Positions 50,059 through 64,000 of a stretch of 64,000 nucleotides of DNA are shown here, in pieces. Each line of letters starts with the position of its first letter. Positions within the stretch are counted from its first letter, which is position 1. The stretch is from contig OX597828.1 in NCBI GenBank assembly GCA_951406725.2, forward strand, positions 55,242,001-55,306,000, in the 5' to 3' direction. The notes below the pieces were generated by a model, which worked only from the letters and a program-made list of their open reading frames with translations, ran no database searches and had not been told where the DNA came from. Made by a program: the position numbers and the translations under genes. The stretch is from Octopus vulgaris. Taxonomy: Eukaryota.

Positions 50059-52160
50059 ACAGGGTCTTCTCTCTTCAATGAAGAGGCTACTGAATCCGCA
50101 AACAGCTGATTTCATTGAAGCTGCGTTATTGCCTTCCGCAGTGAGCATAAATGTTATGCAGAATATTCGCTCTTTCTGTTATTTTATCTGATTTTCATCT
50201 CAAAATTTCAAAGGATATAAAAGAAAATTAAATATCATATTTAATAGGATACTGGCATGGCTGCGTGGTTAAGAAGCTTGCTTTGAATCCCCATGGTTTT
50301 GAGTTCAGTCCACGGCACGGCACTTTGGACAAGTGTCTCCTACTACATATATGCCCGGGATGATCAATGCTTGTGAGTGAATTTGGTAGAAACTCTAGTG
50401 GCCCATCGTACACACACACATACACACGCACACACGTGTAGGTGTGTGTATAGATGTGTATGTGTGCATATGACTTTATCTTTGTGTTTGTCCCCTACGA
50501 CTGCTTGACAACCTGCGTTGGTTTGCTCATGTTCTCGTAACTTAGCAGATTTGGAAAAGATTTCGACAAAATGATTGAGATTCCTTTAGCAAATGAAAAA
50601 TCAAACAATGAAAGACAAGAAAATTCCTTTAACTGGTTCTTAAAATCAACAATAATAGCATCAATCAAATGGCAAACTTTTGGAAATCCTCACATATTTT
50701 CATGCAGATTGCATTGACTTTAAAAAAATTAAAACCTTTGCGTTAGTTCTTTTTTTTTGTGTAGCCATTTCTAAGTTATGGACAGAAGGTCACAATCGTA
50801 GCTGTTCTAATAACAGAGAAAGCGCTGATTCAAGCTATTACAGTAAAAGCCACACTACCACGAAGGACAATACCATGGATTTCCATTTTGTTAAATCTCA
50901 AATTCCAAATAGCCAGAAAAAAAAAACAGTCTTGCAAAATCTTAGATACACATTCAAACATTCAAATTAATGGTAGTTTCATGTTCCAGAAAGACTCTTC
51001 TACAATTCCTAGTTGAACAACCATCAGAGGTGGTTTATTTATAAGCTTACTCTCTTCATCAGATCGACATTTTCTGTACAACTGCACAATGTGTCACACG
51101 TCAGTTGTAGATTAACGTGAGATGAAGAGTTTTGCTCAAGAACACAGCACATCACACGGTCCGCGAATCAAACCTACGATCTCATGATTGTGACAGCGGC
51201 ATTCCACCGAGATTGAATTTACCTTTCACTCTTTTGGAGTCGATAAGATAAATACCAGTTCATCACTAGGATCGATGTAATCAACTAGGCCCCCTTCTGA
51301 ATTGTAGGCCTTGTGTCTATAATGAATAGGCTTTTTATTAGGGGGTGGGATCTGGTAGAATCATAAATACGCCAGAGAAAGTACTTGGCAGCATTTCTTC
51401 AGGTTCTACGTTCTGAGTTCAAGTTCCTTTGCTTTTCATCCTTTCAGGGGCGATAATATAAGTACCAGCTACATACTGAGGTCAGCGTAATTGACTTACA
51501 CCCTCCTCCGAAATTGCTGGTCTTCGAACAAAATTTGAAAATAGATAATTCTTCTACCTTTACGTTTTGTTTTCAAATTATGCCAATATCAACTTCGCCT
51601 TCCATTTCTCCTGGGTTGATAAAATAAAATACTAGCATAGCATTTGGGTCGATGGTATGGACTAGGCTCCATTTGATTTGCTGATCTTGTACGTAAATCA
51701 GAAACCATTATTATAAGGGGAGCCTGAGGAGGGTTGGTTGCAGAATAATTAGCCCATCGGACAGAATTCTTTAGAGTTTATTCTTTGTGGTTTATTTAGT
51801 CTAGTGAAAGTGCATGGCCAAGTGGTTACGGAGTAACAATCAAAGTCATTAGATAGTGGATCCGAGTCCCTGACTAGGTGGAGCATCGTCTTTTTGAGCG
51901 AAACTCTTCCTTTTCACGTTACCCCAGTTCATTCAGCTGTAAATGAGTAACCCTGCAATGGCTAGTGTTCCGTTCAGGAGTTAATATTGTGATCTTGGTA
52001 ACAAATACGCCATGGTAACCGATCCTGTGATTCCCTGGACTTGAGACAGTACTTACCGTAATCGATTTAGTCAACTAATTTCTCCCCTTAAATCTCTGGC
52101 CTTATACTAGAAATATAACATCATACAAAAAATCTCTGTTCCATATATATGTAACGATTA

Positions 52161-52709
52161 TACGATGAAGGTGCTGAAAAGTTCCCAACTTTAAGGGTAT
52201 CGCAAAAGGCCAGGTTGGCGGCCTAACCTACCGAGTTCTTTTTAAGGAATTAGAAAAACTGAAGGATCGCTGCAATAAGTGTGTGAATCTGAAAAGGGAA
52301 TATGTTGAATGAAATCATAATTAACTGATCCTCCTATATTTTCTTTTACCCAAAGCAAATAACTTTCAGCACCCCCTTTTACGTAAGTACATACATACTT
52401 ACTTACATACATACATCCATACATGCATGCATACATACATACATACATACATACATACATACATACATACATACATACATACATACATACATACGTGTAC
52501 AAGGAGGTGCTGAAAAGTTTCTGGATTTAAAGGTGTTACGAAAGGCTTGGTTGGCGGTCCAACATTCTGAGTTCTATTGCAAGGCTTAGAAAAACCGAAA
52601 GACCACTGCAATGAGTGTGTGAACCTTATGTTCAATGAAATCATGATTAAATTATGTCCCTCTGTTTTCTTTTACCCAAAGCCACAGGAACTTTTGAGCC
52701 CCTCCTCGT
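52161..52709. mobile_element. Two tandem mariner-type MITEs separated by (CATA)n
   Basis: GGTGCTGAAAAGTT...AACTTTCAGCACC termini; 52161-52380 is similar to 52497-52709. Confidence 0.7.
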
Positions 52710-52785
52710 GTGTAGTAAATAAATGAGAAGAAGAAAATATTAATTGATATAGTCTTTATTATATTATTGCAATGTCAGATATAAT

Positions 52786-52812
52786 TAGGGTTAGGGTTAG
52801 GGTTAGGGTTAG
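52786..52812 (+). repeat. Short interstitial (TTAGGG)4 array
   Basis: Directly visible; (CCCTAA)3 also at about 14871-14888. Confidence 0.9.
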
Positions 52813-53231
52813 AGTTGTTGCTGTACACAGATTATTTGCAGTTCTTTTATCCATTCTGTAGGTAGTTAACTTCATCTTTTGATGACTGCTAGGAGAGCAG
52901 ATAGAAGAAGGAGAGAGAAAGAATACCAGTATATACCTCTTTGGGTTGACACGTGGAAAGAGTGAACGTTGTGCAGTGCCTCGAATGAGGTGCTTCTCTT
53001 GCCAGCGCCAAAGGAAAGGATGAAGAACTGAATTTGGGTTCTGTGTAAATTTCTCTTAACTAAATTAGATCAAGCTATACGAAGGATTTTCTTTTGTTAT
53101 CTCCCTTGATCTAAGTTTGACTTGAAAAGTTATAAGTTAGCTGTTGTACAAAGAAAGGAACTCGTAGAAAAATCTTGGCCAGCTGTCTATGTATGTATGT
53201 ATGTATGTATGTATGTATGTATGTATGTATG

Positions 53232-53265
<34 letters not shown>

Positions 53266-53275
53266 TGTATGTATG

Positions 53276-53347
<72 letters not shown>

Positions 53348-54248
53348 CATCGATATATATATATATATATATATATGTAACAAGAATGTGAATTTAAATT
53401 TGTGGTCGATGTTTCGAAATGAGAATGAGGGCAAGCAAAATGCTTTTCTTTTTAATTTTTAAATATAAAATGTTAGAGTAAAAAATTGAGCGAGTCACAA
53501 AAATGGTAAAATATTAAATAAATAAATGAAACATTATGCACACAAAACCTGATTTGATTAATTAGTTTTGAAAAAATTAGCGATCTGTATTGATTACTGA
53601 TGAACTAGTTGGAAGGGTATATCGATTTAATTGAAGGAAGCTGCCAAACTACTCTTACGACCATCAGCTTGTGTGTGTGTGTGTATGTGTGTGTGTGTCC
53701 GTACATATGTATGCGTAGAAGTGTATTTGTGTTTGTGGTGTGTGTATGTGCGTGCGTGTGTGTGTGCGTGTGTGTGTGTGTGTGTGTAAATGACAGTAAA
53801 AGTGTATATGTGAAATTGTTTGTGTATAGCTGTTCCCCGAAATGTGTCAGTGTGTGTGTGGGGGGGGGGAGAGAAAGAGAGAGAATGAGACAGAGGGAGA
53901 AAGGGAGAGAGAGAGAGAGTATGACAATGAAAGAGAGAGAGAGAGAGTGAGAAAAAGAGAGATAGCAAGGAACAGACTATGTGTGTTTGTGTTAAAGTCT
54001 GTATGCATTTATGTGTGAAAGCGTTTGCTTACGTATGAGGATGTCGGTGTGCGGGGGAGGGTTGTGATTGCGTATGCGCGCGCGTGTGTGATGTGCGTAT
54101 GTGTGCGTGCGTGTGCGTGCGTACGTGTGTGAATGAGTGAATTAATTTATTCACGTATATATGCGAACGTGTTCATGAGTTTTTGTGTATGTGTGCATGT
54201 CTCTCTCTCTCCCCCTCTCTCCCTCTCTGTCTATCTGTTTCTCTCTCC

Positions 54249-54303
<55 letters not shown>

Positions 54304-54317
54304 CATATATACATACA

Positions 54318-54406
<89 letters not shown>

Positions 54407-54630
54407 CTGTGTGTGTGTGTGTATGCGAGCGACTGGGAATAAGTGTATATGCGTCGCTGTGTGAATATGTGTATTTAATTATGTATATGTGTGCAAGTGT
54501 ATATGAGTGTTTGTGTCAGTATGTCTGTATGTGTACGCTTGAATATGAAAGTGTGTAAATGCGTTGAGCATGCATTTGTGAACGACGGAGAAAGAACGGT
54601 TAGACAATAGAAGAAAGGGAGGGAGAGAGA

Positions 54631-54670
<40 letters not shown>

Positions 54671-55908
54671 AGGTAGAACTCTTAACGGAAAGCTATAGAG
54701 AGCGCTCCGAGGGGTGAGGTTGAATAAATATCGATTTCTGCTATTGCTGTGATTTTTCACAGAAGAATTTTAGATTGAAGAAATTACAATGGGAATGTTT
54801 TTGTTGTTGAAATTTAATTTTGCAATTAAAAAATAATTTCAATAAAAGCTAAAAATAACGACAAAAAAGAAAAACAAAATTTGAACGTGAGAGAAACTCT
54901 GATTGGATTATTTTTGTTTGAATTTAGTAGCTCGAAGCGATGTGTATTCTTAAAACTACACAGACTTTACTGAGCAGCAGAATCGCAGGAATGGTAGAAC
55001 GTCTGGATATATTGCTGTGAATACACTCTTCAAATTACCTTCAGTGAGGTGTGAAGGTGCGTAGGTTAGTGGTTTAAGTCGTTGCATTCCCAATTGTAAA
55101 ATCGCGGTCTCGATTTCCAGAGCGGGTGGTGCGATGTGATCTTGATTAAGACATTTTATTTCATGTTGCTCCAGTCCACTCAGCTGTAAATGAGTTGCAA
55201 CAATAGCTGGAAAGTTAACCCCGTGACGGACTGGCGTCCCCTTCAGGGAAAGGGGCAGTCTTGTAAACTCAGTCACAGTTCTCGGTGGTATGAATCCTAA
55301 TAATCCCATGAACTGACATAGAAAGGAATTACAACCGTGTTTCGTGGTCTGCTACCACAACAGCTCCTTTATAGGATCCAGTTAGCTCAAGACATCATCA
55401 GGAGGAACCACGTCCGGTTTCGGCCCCTACTCCTCTACCGTTTTGACGTGGTGCCTCCCCACCCTTTCGGAGGTGTCTTCAGCTCTGGACTTAACTTTCA
55501 GTAAGTATAAAATTAATGCAAAAAAGAAGGATCTTCGTCAGTTTCGACGGTGAGTATTTCAAATGTTCAATTAACGGAGCAGACTTCTCACCGAAGTAGC
55601 GTATGTCTGTTACTAAGTGTTTCACAAACATGCTAATTATCAAGTTAATTAGCGTGATTCAGCGTGTGACAAAGCCGGGTCTTTTGAATTATCGGCACAA
55701 TCCTCTATTCGACCTGTCACTAAAAAATAAGTACTGGTTACGGTACACCAGCATGGCTGCAGCAAATGAGTAAAACAAATGAAAAAAATTTGAAAAGATA
55801 TTTGCCCTAAAATGCCACGCTGTGGGACTGAACTCGAGGCCTCATGGTTGTGTAATGAGGTTGTTACAAATTCGTTCTTGCGTAGATCCATATATAAAGT
55901 GGATCTCA

Positions 55909-56129
55909 AGGCGGCGAGCTGGCAGAAACGTTAGCACGCCGGATTAAATGCTTTCCGGTATTTCGTCCGCCGCTGCGTTGTGAGTTCAAATTCCGCCGAG
56001 GTCGACTTTGCCTTGCATCCTTTCGGGGTCGATAAATTAAGTACCAGTTACGCACTGGGGTCGATGTAATCGACTTAATCTGTCCTCATTTGTCCCTTCT
56101 GTGTTTAACCCCTTGTGGGTAGTATAGAA
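55909..56129 (+). mobile_element. SINE family B with a 17-bp TSD
   Basis: ATATATAAAGTGGATCT at 55890-55906 and 56130-56146. Confidence 0.9.
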
Positions 56130-57384
56130 ATATATAAAGTGGATCTTGGTCAGAATTTTCTATTATGAGTTTTTCAGTTGTTCTCGCCTTCACTCAACAC
56201 CTGACCCCTAATGCACTACCGTAACCACTAGATCATGCGCCTTCGCAACGTTGATGCGTAGCAAGTCGAATTCTAAACGAGGTTCTGATTAAAAAAAAAA
56301 ATTATGCGGTGGTTAGGGCAGCGGTCTCGCTGTCATAGGATCGCGGTTTCGATTCCCAGACCGGGCATTGTGAGTGTTTATTCAGTGAAAACACCTAAAG
56401 CTCCACGATGCTCCAGGGGTGGTGATCCCTGCTGTACCCTTAATAGTAAAGGCGGTGCTCCAGTATGGCCGCAGTCAAAATGACTGAAACAAGTAAAAGA
56501 GTAAACGAGTATTTAATTTTTACACGTGTGATAACGACCATATTGAGAAAGACTTGGGTGTCACAAAATCTTTTCTTTTTTTCATTCTTATTATCTAAAA
56601 CCGACATGCTTATACTAGAAACCAAAATCCCTATTGCAATCGATTGTGAAGCATCATCTGATTGGATGGGCCAACAGCGAAATTAGTGTTGAAAGTGTTG
56701 ATGACAAAAATGTCCATGGAATGTATGTGTAAAAGAGTTGATCTGTACAGCAATGATCAATAACTTTCCACTTCAATAACAGCAATAACAACATCTACAA
56801 CTTGAACAACAACATCAACAACAACAATAATAATAATAGCAATGGCATAAATATAAAACTATATTGATATCGTTTAGCTTCCGGCCGAAATGGAATCCTA
56901 ATTGGAATTAAAAAACGACATTTCCGCTTGAAATTGGATTTAAAAAATGGCTTCTGATTCATAACGAAATAATTTCTTTCTTCCGTTAAAAGATTTGGGT
57001 TATTTTGATATAGAAAATTAATGAACTTCACCCATGCGTGAACAAAATTATGCATCCTGGTCATACGAAAGTAGACTAACAACTGCATCAACTCAATCCA
57101 ACAACTAACCACTTAGAAGTTACATCTGGCAATGTTCCTATTTCTATGAAATGTTATCGGAGGGACTAACAGTGATGAAACTTGAGTGCGTTCTGCCCGG
57201 GGCAACCCTTGCATTAGCTGCCTCTCTGGATCACTAAGCCTATACAAGCTTAAACAGCTGAACCCAAAATGTTGTACCCGTTGAATGTTGTACCAGGGGC
57301 GGATCTCTCATTTTCCCTTGTTTCGCTACTGGAAACTATAAGCCTACGAAAAGGATGAATCAAAAAGATGAACTAATATTGGTA

Positions 57385-57750
57385 TCAAATTTTGGCACAA
57401 GGCCAGCAAATTTCTAGGGAGGAGGTTTAATCGATTACATCGACCTCAGTGCTCAACTGGTACTTATTTTATCGACCTGAAAAATAAAAGGCGAAGTCGA
57501 CCTCAGCGTAATTTGACCTCAAAACATGAAGACGGACGAAATACCGCTAAGCATTTTGCCTAGTGTGCTAACGATTCTGCCAGCTCGACTACATCAACCC
57601 CAGTGTTCAACTGGTACTTATTTTATCGACTTCGAAAAGACGAAAAGCAAAGTCGACTTCGGCGGAATTTAACCCTAAGAGCGAAAAGATGGACGAAATG
57701 GCGTTAGGCGTTAGCTCGTTGCGTTAACGATTCTGCCAGCTTCGCTACCT
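57385..57750 (-). mobile_element. SINE family B tandem pair
   Basis: Two diverged reverse-complement copies. Confidence 0.8.
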
Positions 57751-58904
57751 TTATACATATTGTAATGTTGGAATAATGTAGCGATGAAGCTCAAACTTAC
57801 ATTTTTGAAGGCTTTGTTCGAATGAGAATCAGGGCTGCACACATGAGCCTTTATTTTTTCTTGCCTCTCCGAGACATGTAGAAAGAGAAGTTATTTAGAT
57901 ATCTGATTATGAAAATTTTGAAGGTGCAGCACCTTGTTGGTAGGGTGTTACACTCACCGTATTGTAACAGACTTGCGTTATTCCGTCAGTAATGTTAATG
58001 ATAGTTAAAGATTTGCTGTGGCTTTATACATTCAAACCCATCTAAAACTTGGCGGTACAAAAAGATACTTTTCGGGCAAACCTCCCCAGCGTACTTTCAG
58101 TTACTTCCATTCTCGATAATCGTCACCAGAATCATCATCGACGGCGGGATCTTACTGTCTCAAGTCCTAGGAGTCATCCGGCCGGTTATCAAATGGTGGC
58201 GATGGTAGTGGTGGCGATGGTGGTGGTGACAATGGTGGTGGTGGTGGTGGTGGTAGTAATGTTGGTGGTTATAAGTGCAATATTAAGAGTGAAGGAATGA
58301 TGGTTGTGGTAATGGTAGCAATAGTCGTGGGCCTATCGAGTGGGGAGGCAGGTTGGCTGTAGGCGTCACTGATGATGGTGGAGTACAAGGTGAAAATGGG
58401 GACATTATTAATGACAGTGGTGATGGTGACCAGAGAAAAAATTTTCATCAAAATGGCGGCAAGATTGGAGATACGGACGGTGATGGTAGCCAGGTTGATG
58501 GTTTAGCTACTTCTATGGCCTATAGCTAACGGATATCACATTTTCTTTGAACGGGATACCAGTATGTCACAGGGTTATCTACAGGTAAATAAATCACAGG
58601 TAAATAAATTTACCTGTAAATTACAGGTAAATAAATTGGAGCAACGTGAAATGGAGTGTTTCGTTGAAGAACGAAAAGGCTCACCCTTTGAACTACAGGT
58701 ACAACACATTTTTTCCATCTGGGTGGACAGGAGCAACGTGAAATAAAAAGTCTTGTCCAAGGACACAACACGACTGTGAGCTGAACACCCTAACCACTGA
58801 GTCACAAAGTTATACAAATTTAAAATTTTACAAGGACTTTGTAATGGCTCTGTGCATGCGCATGTATGTATGTGTGTGAGTGTGAGTGTATAGAAAGGAA
58901 GTGA

Positions 58905-59335
58905 TGAAGTGAGAGAGAGGGAGAAGAGAAAGAGAAAAGAGAGAGGGTAAGGGAGAGAGGGGGAAGAGAGAGATGGGTAAGAGAGAGAGAGAGAGGATGA
59001 AGAGAGAGAGAGGGGAAGAGAGGGAAAAGGAAGAGAGAGAGTGGGAAGAGGGAGAGAGGGGAGAGAGAGAGTGGGAAGAGAGAAATAGGGGAAGAGAGAG
59101 AGGGGAAAGAGAGAGAAGAGGAAGAGAGAGAGAAAGAGTGGGAGAAAAAGAGAGAAGCGAGAGAGAAAGTGAGAGAAAGGGAAACAGAGCTAACAGAGAA
59201 AGAGAGCGAAAGAGCCAGGTAGAGAACAGAGAGAGAAAGTAAGAGATAGATAGGTAGATAGATAGATAGATATATATATATAGAGAGAGAGAGTGAGAGA
59301 GAGAGAGAGGGGATAAAGTGAGGGGGAGATAGAGA
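58905..59335 (+). repeat. Polypurine (GA)-rich tract
   Basis: Directly visible. Confidence 0.95.
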
Positions 59336-60013
59336 TAAATGGTAAGCGAGCCTGCATCCATCATCCTGTCCAGCCGTTAATCAGCACCATCCAAGAATAG
59401 CCATGTTTTGACACACATACTTGGACCTCGATCAATGTACTTTTAACAAGAGGTTGTTTTTTTCTACCACTGCAAAGCCGGGTGAATTGCTAAGTAGACG
59501 TTAATGGTTATTAGTGGTGGGTACTGAAAGCAGAGGTAGGATGGTTGCAGTAATAAAGATGATATTGCGAATGAAGACGGCGATGGTGGTAAAGGTGGTG
59601 GTGGTTCCAGTAGCAGTAGTAGTAGTAGTGTAGTAGTGGTGGTATTGCTACGTTCTGAGTTCAAATTCCGCCGAGGTCGACTTTGCCTTTCATCCTTTCG
59701 GTGTCGATTAAATTAAGTACCAGTTACGCACTGGGGTCGATATAATCGACTTAATCCGTTTGTCTGTCCTTGTTTGTCCTCTCTGTGTTTAGCCCTTTGT
59801 GGGTAGTAAAGAGATAGGCATTAGAGTTAGGTATGATGGTTATAACAATGGTGAAAACGATAGTGGTGGTGGATATATTGAGAGTGGCAGTGGGGTAGTT
59901 GTAGCAGTGGTAATACTGATGATGACGATGATGATTATGGTGATGATGGTGGTGGTGGTGGTGGTGATGGTGGTGGTAGTAGATATATGATGGAGGTACA
60001 ATAGTTGTGTGAA

Positions 60014-60355
60014 AGCACATGATTCAGTGGTTAGAGCATCAGGTTCACATTTTATAAAGTTTTGAGTTCGATTCCTGGGCCGGGCTGTGCGTTGTGTTCT
60101 TGAGCAAGACTTTATTTCACGTTGCTCCTGTTCACTCAGCTGTAGAAATGAGTTGCAACGTCACAGGTGCCAAGCTGTATCAGCCTTTACCTTTCTCTTG
60201 GATAACATCGATGGCGTGGAAAAGGGAGGCTGGCATGCATGGGCGACTGCTGGTCTTCCATAAACAAACTTGCCCAGACTTGTGCCTCGGAGGGGAGATT
60301 TCTTGGTGAAATTCCTTGGTCATTCATGACCGAAAGGGGGTTTTACTCTTTACCC
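60014..60355 (+). mobile_element. SINE with family C-type head and central domain
   Basis: TCAGTGGTTAGAGC...GAGTTCGATTCC, TGTGTTCTTGAGCAAGACTTT; tail TTTACTCTTTACC. Confidence 0.75.
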
Positions 60356-61292
60356 TTACAATAGTTCTTGTAAAGGTGATAGTGTCAGCAGTGATGGGCA
60401 TGTCGAGAATGGAGGTAGAGTAGACATGGTTGTGATAATACTGATGATAAAGAAAGTAGTGAGTTGGCAGAATTGGTAGCCTGTTGGATATAATGCTTTG
60501 CAGCATTTCTTCCGGCTGTTTACCTCCTGAATTCAAATTACACCGAGGTCGACTTTGCTTTTCATCCTTTCAGGATGGCTAAAATAAGTACCATTTGAGC
60601 GCTGCGGTCAATGTCATCGACTAGATCCCTCCCACAACATTTCGGGCTTTGCGCCTATGATAGAAACGAAAAATACTGATGGTGACGATAGTGGTGGTAG
60701 CGATGGTGGTGGTGGTAACAGTGGTGGTGGTAACAGTGGTGGTGGTGGTGGTTATGAGTGCAGCATTAAGAGTGGAGTTATGATGGTGGTGGTGATGGTG
60801 ACAGTAGACGTGGACATGTTGAGAGTGGATGTAAGTTCGTTGTAGGCGACAGTGATGATCGTGGAGTATAAGGTGAAAATGAGGTGAGTATTAATGGCGG
60901 TGATGATGTTGGCGGTGGAGAAAAATGCTTATTGTAATCAAAATGGCGGTAAGATTGGAGATACAAGCGGACGGTGACGGTAGCCATGTCGCTGGTTTAG
61001 CCCTAGATTATCTCTGACCGAGAAAACATATAATTAAAGGCGTTTCAACCACGACCGTCGCATTTTTCGTACATCAGAGAGTATTTTTGTCCAATATACC
61101 CGTTCTTATTTTTTTAAGACAGTAGGCTGATGTGATCTGAGGGAAATTTCACTGCAATCTCTAGCACGCCAAGCAACCACACATACACATATATTCGCAA
61201 AATACGCATAAAAATACAAATAAAACTACAAATAAAAACAGATCAAAACGCAGCATAAATAATCGTGTACAAAATTACATATTAACGTATAT

Positions 61293-61350
<58 letters not shown>

Positions 61351-62809
61351 ATACAAGCATTAAGAAATGCAGGCACAGACACGTAGGAATACATACAATA
61401 CATACAAATTAAAACACTTACACTTGAAGCTCACAAACCCGCAGACCAATAAAAAGTTCCCTTGAAAGCAACACAAAACTTAATTTACATTAAGGGTATA
61501 AGGACTAAAATCTTGTGACAGTCATATATTTACCATGGATGGGTATCAGTAGCGTAAGCAGTACGAATTAATTTCAGTCAGAAATATCACCGTATTGCAA
61601 TATCGATCCGTCTAGAAAACAGGCAATCTGTAAGACTAGGTTAGTGGAATGTAGTACATACAAGTTACTGAATTATAAACTGAGATAATGATAAAAGGAA
61701 ATAGGTGAGATGTATGTGTAATTTGTTAATGAAATTTAACTGGTTCTCCGTCGATTACGACGTTAAGGTTTCCAGTTAATCCGATCAACGGAGCAGTCTG
61801 CTCGTGAAACTAACGGGCAAGTGGTTGAGCACTACACAGACACGAGTACACTTAGTGTGTCACAGAATGTGACAAAGCTGGACCGTTGAATTAAAGGTGC
61901 GATTCATTTTTGCCAGCTGAGTGGACTAGAACAACGTGAAATAAAGTATTTTGATCAAAGATATAACTTATTATCAGGTATTGAACTCACGGCCTTACGA
62001 TCTTACGATTGTGAGCCCATTACCATAACAACTTAGCCACGCGCCTTTACCGTTAATGAAATATAGAACACATCTAGAACAATAAGAGAAACTAATGAAA
62101 TATAAATAATTAATTAATGTGCAAGTAAGATACAAGGTAAAAAACACAAACCACAAACACAGCAAAAGTAACTAACAATGTATTTAAAGCTGTGGCAAAC
62201 AGGAAGACAAGCCAATATTTTGGAACCAAGACAGTTCTCAATACTTTCAGGACCAGCTCTGTGTTTAAGCGGAAGAACACTCGTTCACAACAGCGTCGTA
62301 AATGGGAATACTGTATGGTTGTATAATCCATCTTCCTGCTACCAAAATGTGAGATTGAAGTAGCTCGGATAATTGACGTAAAGCCGTCGGTCCACATACT
62401 CAGTGATCCAGTGTTGGTAAGGATTAACGTTCTGCAACCGTTTCTAAGACGTTCAACTAACCAGTTTCTCCTAAGCCGAACAGTTGATACTTATTGTCAT
62501 AGAAGACATTTTTGAAGATGCAGTGAAGTGTTCTGTAATGTGGAAACTAGACCCAAATGTATGTATGGTGGTATATTATCTTTTATCTTTTCTCTCTTAC
62601 TTGTTTCAGCTATTTGACTGCAGCCGTGCTCAGGGCACCGCTTTGAAGGGGTTTAATCGGACAAAACGATTCCAGTACTTCTTTTATCGGTTCGCTTTTG
62701 TCGAACCACTAAGTTATGAGGACATAAACTCACCAACACCGGTTGTCAAGCGGATGTGGGAGACAAACACATACACACATATATATATATATATGCTTAT
62801 ATATACATA

Positions 62810-63030
62810 TCTTTTACTTGTCTCAGTCATTTGACTGTGACCATGCTGGAGCACCGCCTTTAGTCGAAGAAATCGATCCCAGGACTCATTCTTTGTAAGC
62901 CTAGTACTTATTCTATCGTTGTCTTTTGCAGAACTGCTAGGTTACGGGGACGTAAACACACCAGCATCGGTTGTCAAGCGATGTTGGGGGGACAAACACA
63001 GACAATCAAATATATACACACACATACATG

Positions 63031-63068
<38 letters not shown>

Positions 63069-63210
63069 CATATATACGATGGGCTTCTTTCAGTTTCCGT
63101 CTACCAAATCCACTCACAAGGCTTTGGTCGGCCCGAGGCTATAGTAGAAGACACTTGCCCAAGGTGCCACGCAGTGGGACTGAACCCAGAACCATGTGGC
63201 TGGTAAGCTG
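62810..63210 (-). mobile_element. SINE family A
   Basis: Reverse-complement match to the family A consensus. Confidence 0.88.
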
Positions 63211-63614
63211 AGTTCTAATCTCACTTTGCCTTTCACTTCCTTTGGGCCGATAAAAGTTTGTTTCCGACATCACAGATAAGGATTTAAGAAAACAATTCAT
63301 ATGTAACAGTAATAAACTGAGGATAATTTCGATCGGTTAATAAATCAATATTAGCTTAACTAATTAATTAGTTAATTAATTAATAAAGATTAAGCGCTAC
63401 TGAACAACGATAGAAGATTAAATGATATTAATCACTAGTCTTAATTACAACGTTTTTTTTTTAAGTTGGAGTGGACTTGAAAGAGTACTTAATGAGAAAG
63501 TAAAAAAATGTGTGTAATTGCGTGTGTAATTATGAGGAGTGTGTATGTGTAGTCTGCGTCAGTGTGTGTACGTGGTGTATGTGTCTGTTAGTATGTGTGC
63601 GTGTGTGTGTGTAT

Positions 63615-63848
63615 ATATTTCTTTACTACCCACAAGCGGCTAAATACAGAGGGGACAAACAAAGGCAGCCAAACGGATTAAGTCGATTACATCGACCCCA
63701 GAGCATAACTGGTACTTATTTTAATCGACCCCGAAAGGGTGAAAGGCAAAGTCCACCTCGGCGGAATTTGAACTCAGAACGTAATGGCAGACGAAATACG
63801 GCTACGCATTTCGCCCGGCGTGCTAACGTTTCTGCCAGCTTGCCGCCT
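63615..63848 (-). mobile_element. SINE family B
   Basis: Reverse-complement match to the family B consensus. Confidence 0.88.
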
Positions 63849-64000
63849 TGTATGTATGTATATGCGTATGAATGCATGTGAACACGTACATAGGTATGGT
63901 TCATTCATTTTTATGGTAGAGGAGAGAACTGTGCGAGGTATTTTCGTTTTAAATTAGTATGAGTTAAAAAGGAAAGGAAATACAAAACACAAATACAAAA

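Noticed and set aside
55325-55410. Hammerhead on the minus strand (CTGATGA...GAAAC)
   Set aside because: Stem I cannot be formed by hand; at best a degenerate remnant.
56795-57112. 105-aa minus-strand ORF
   Set aside because: No recognisable domain or convincing splice context; it ends in a microsatellite.
58190-58530. Gly/Asp-rich coding exon
   Set aside because: Decayed GGT/GAT repeats; the frame shifts and the sister copy has stops.
62110-62480. 95-aa minus-strand ORF (and the 80-aa ORF at 21176-21418)
   Set aside because: Only weak resemblance to Penelope GIY-YIG C-termini; too degraded to call and unlikely to be host genes.

Overview
AT-rich, microsatellite- and SINE-dense eukaryotic genomic DNA; the repeat families and gene content point to a coleoid cephalopod, most likely Octopus (inference). 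Almost all ORFs in the supplied track are microsatellite or SINE artefacts. One complete protein-coding gene was reconstructed by hand: a 7-coding-exon, + strand carbohydrate sulfotransferase 15-like gene (GalNAc4S-6ST, chondroitin sulfate E synthase; 16228-36727; 1239 nt, 412 aa). All six introns are GT-AG and all splice phases agree. The rest is transposon debris: several tRNA-derived SINE families, LINE remnants (R4/Dong, Tx1/L1, CR1, CRE), Penelope-like pieces, mariner, Chapaev3, piggyBac, hAT/MULE/Tc1 MITEs and Helitron/Helentron-type elements. The most notable signals are: (1) several minimal type-I hammerhead ribozyme motifs, including one in the sense strand of intron 4 with a compensatory U3-A8 core pair; (2) a CpG-depleted domain at about 36.7-40.3 kb containing candidate minus-strand exons of an unannotated convergent transcript; (3) long inverted repeats in the gene's introns that could form ADAR substrates; (4) a perfect ERE palindrome next to a TATA box; (5) SINE-LINE tail sharing and multimeric SINEs inside single target-site duplications. 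Repeat boundaries are approximate. No database search or folding computation was run.
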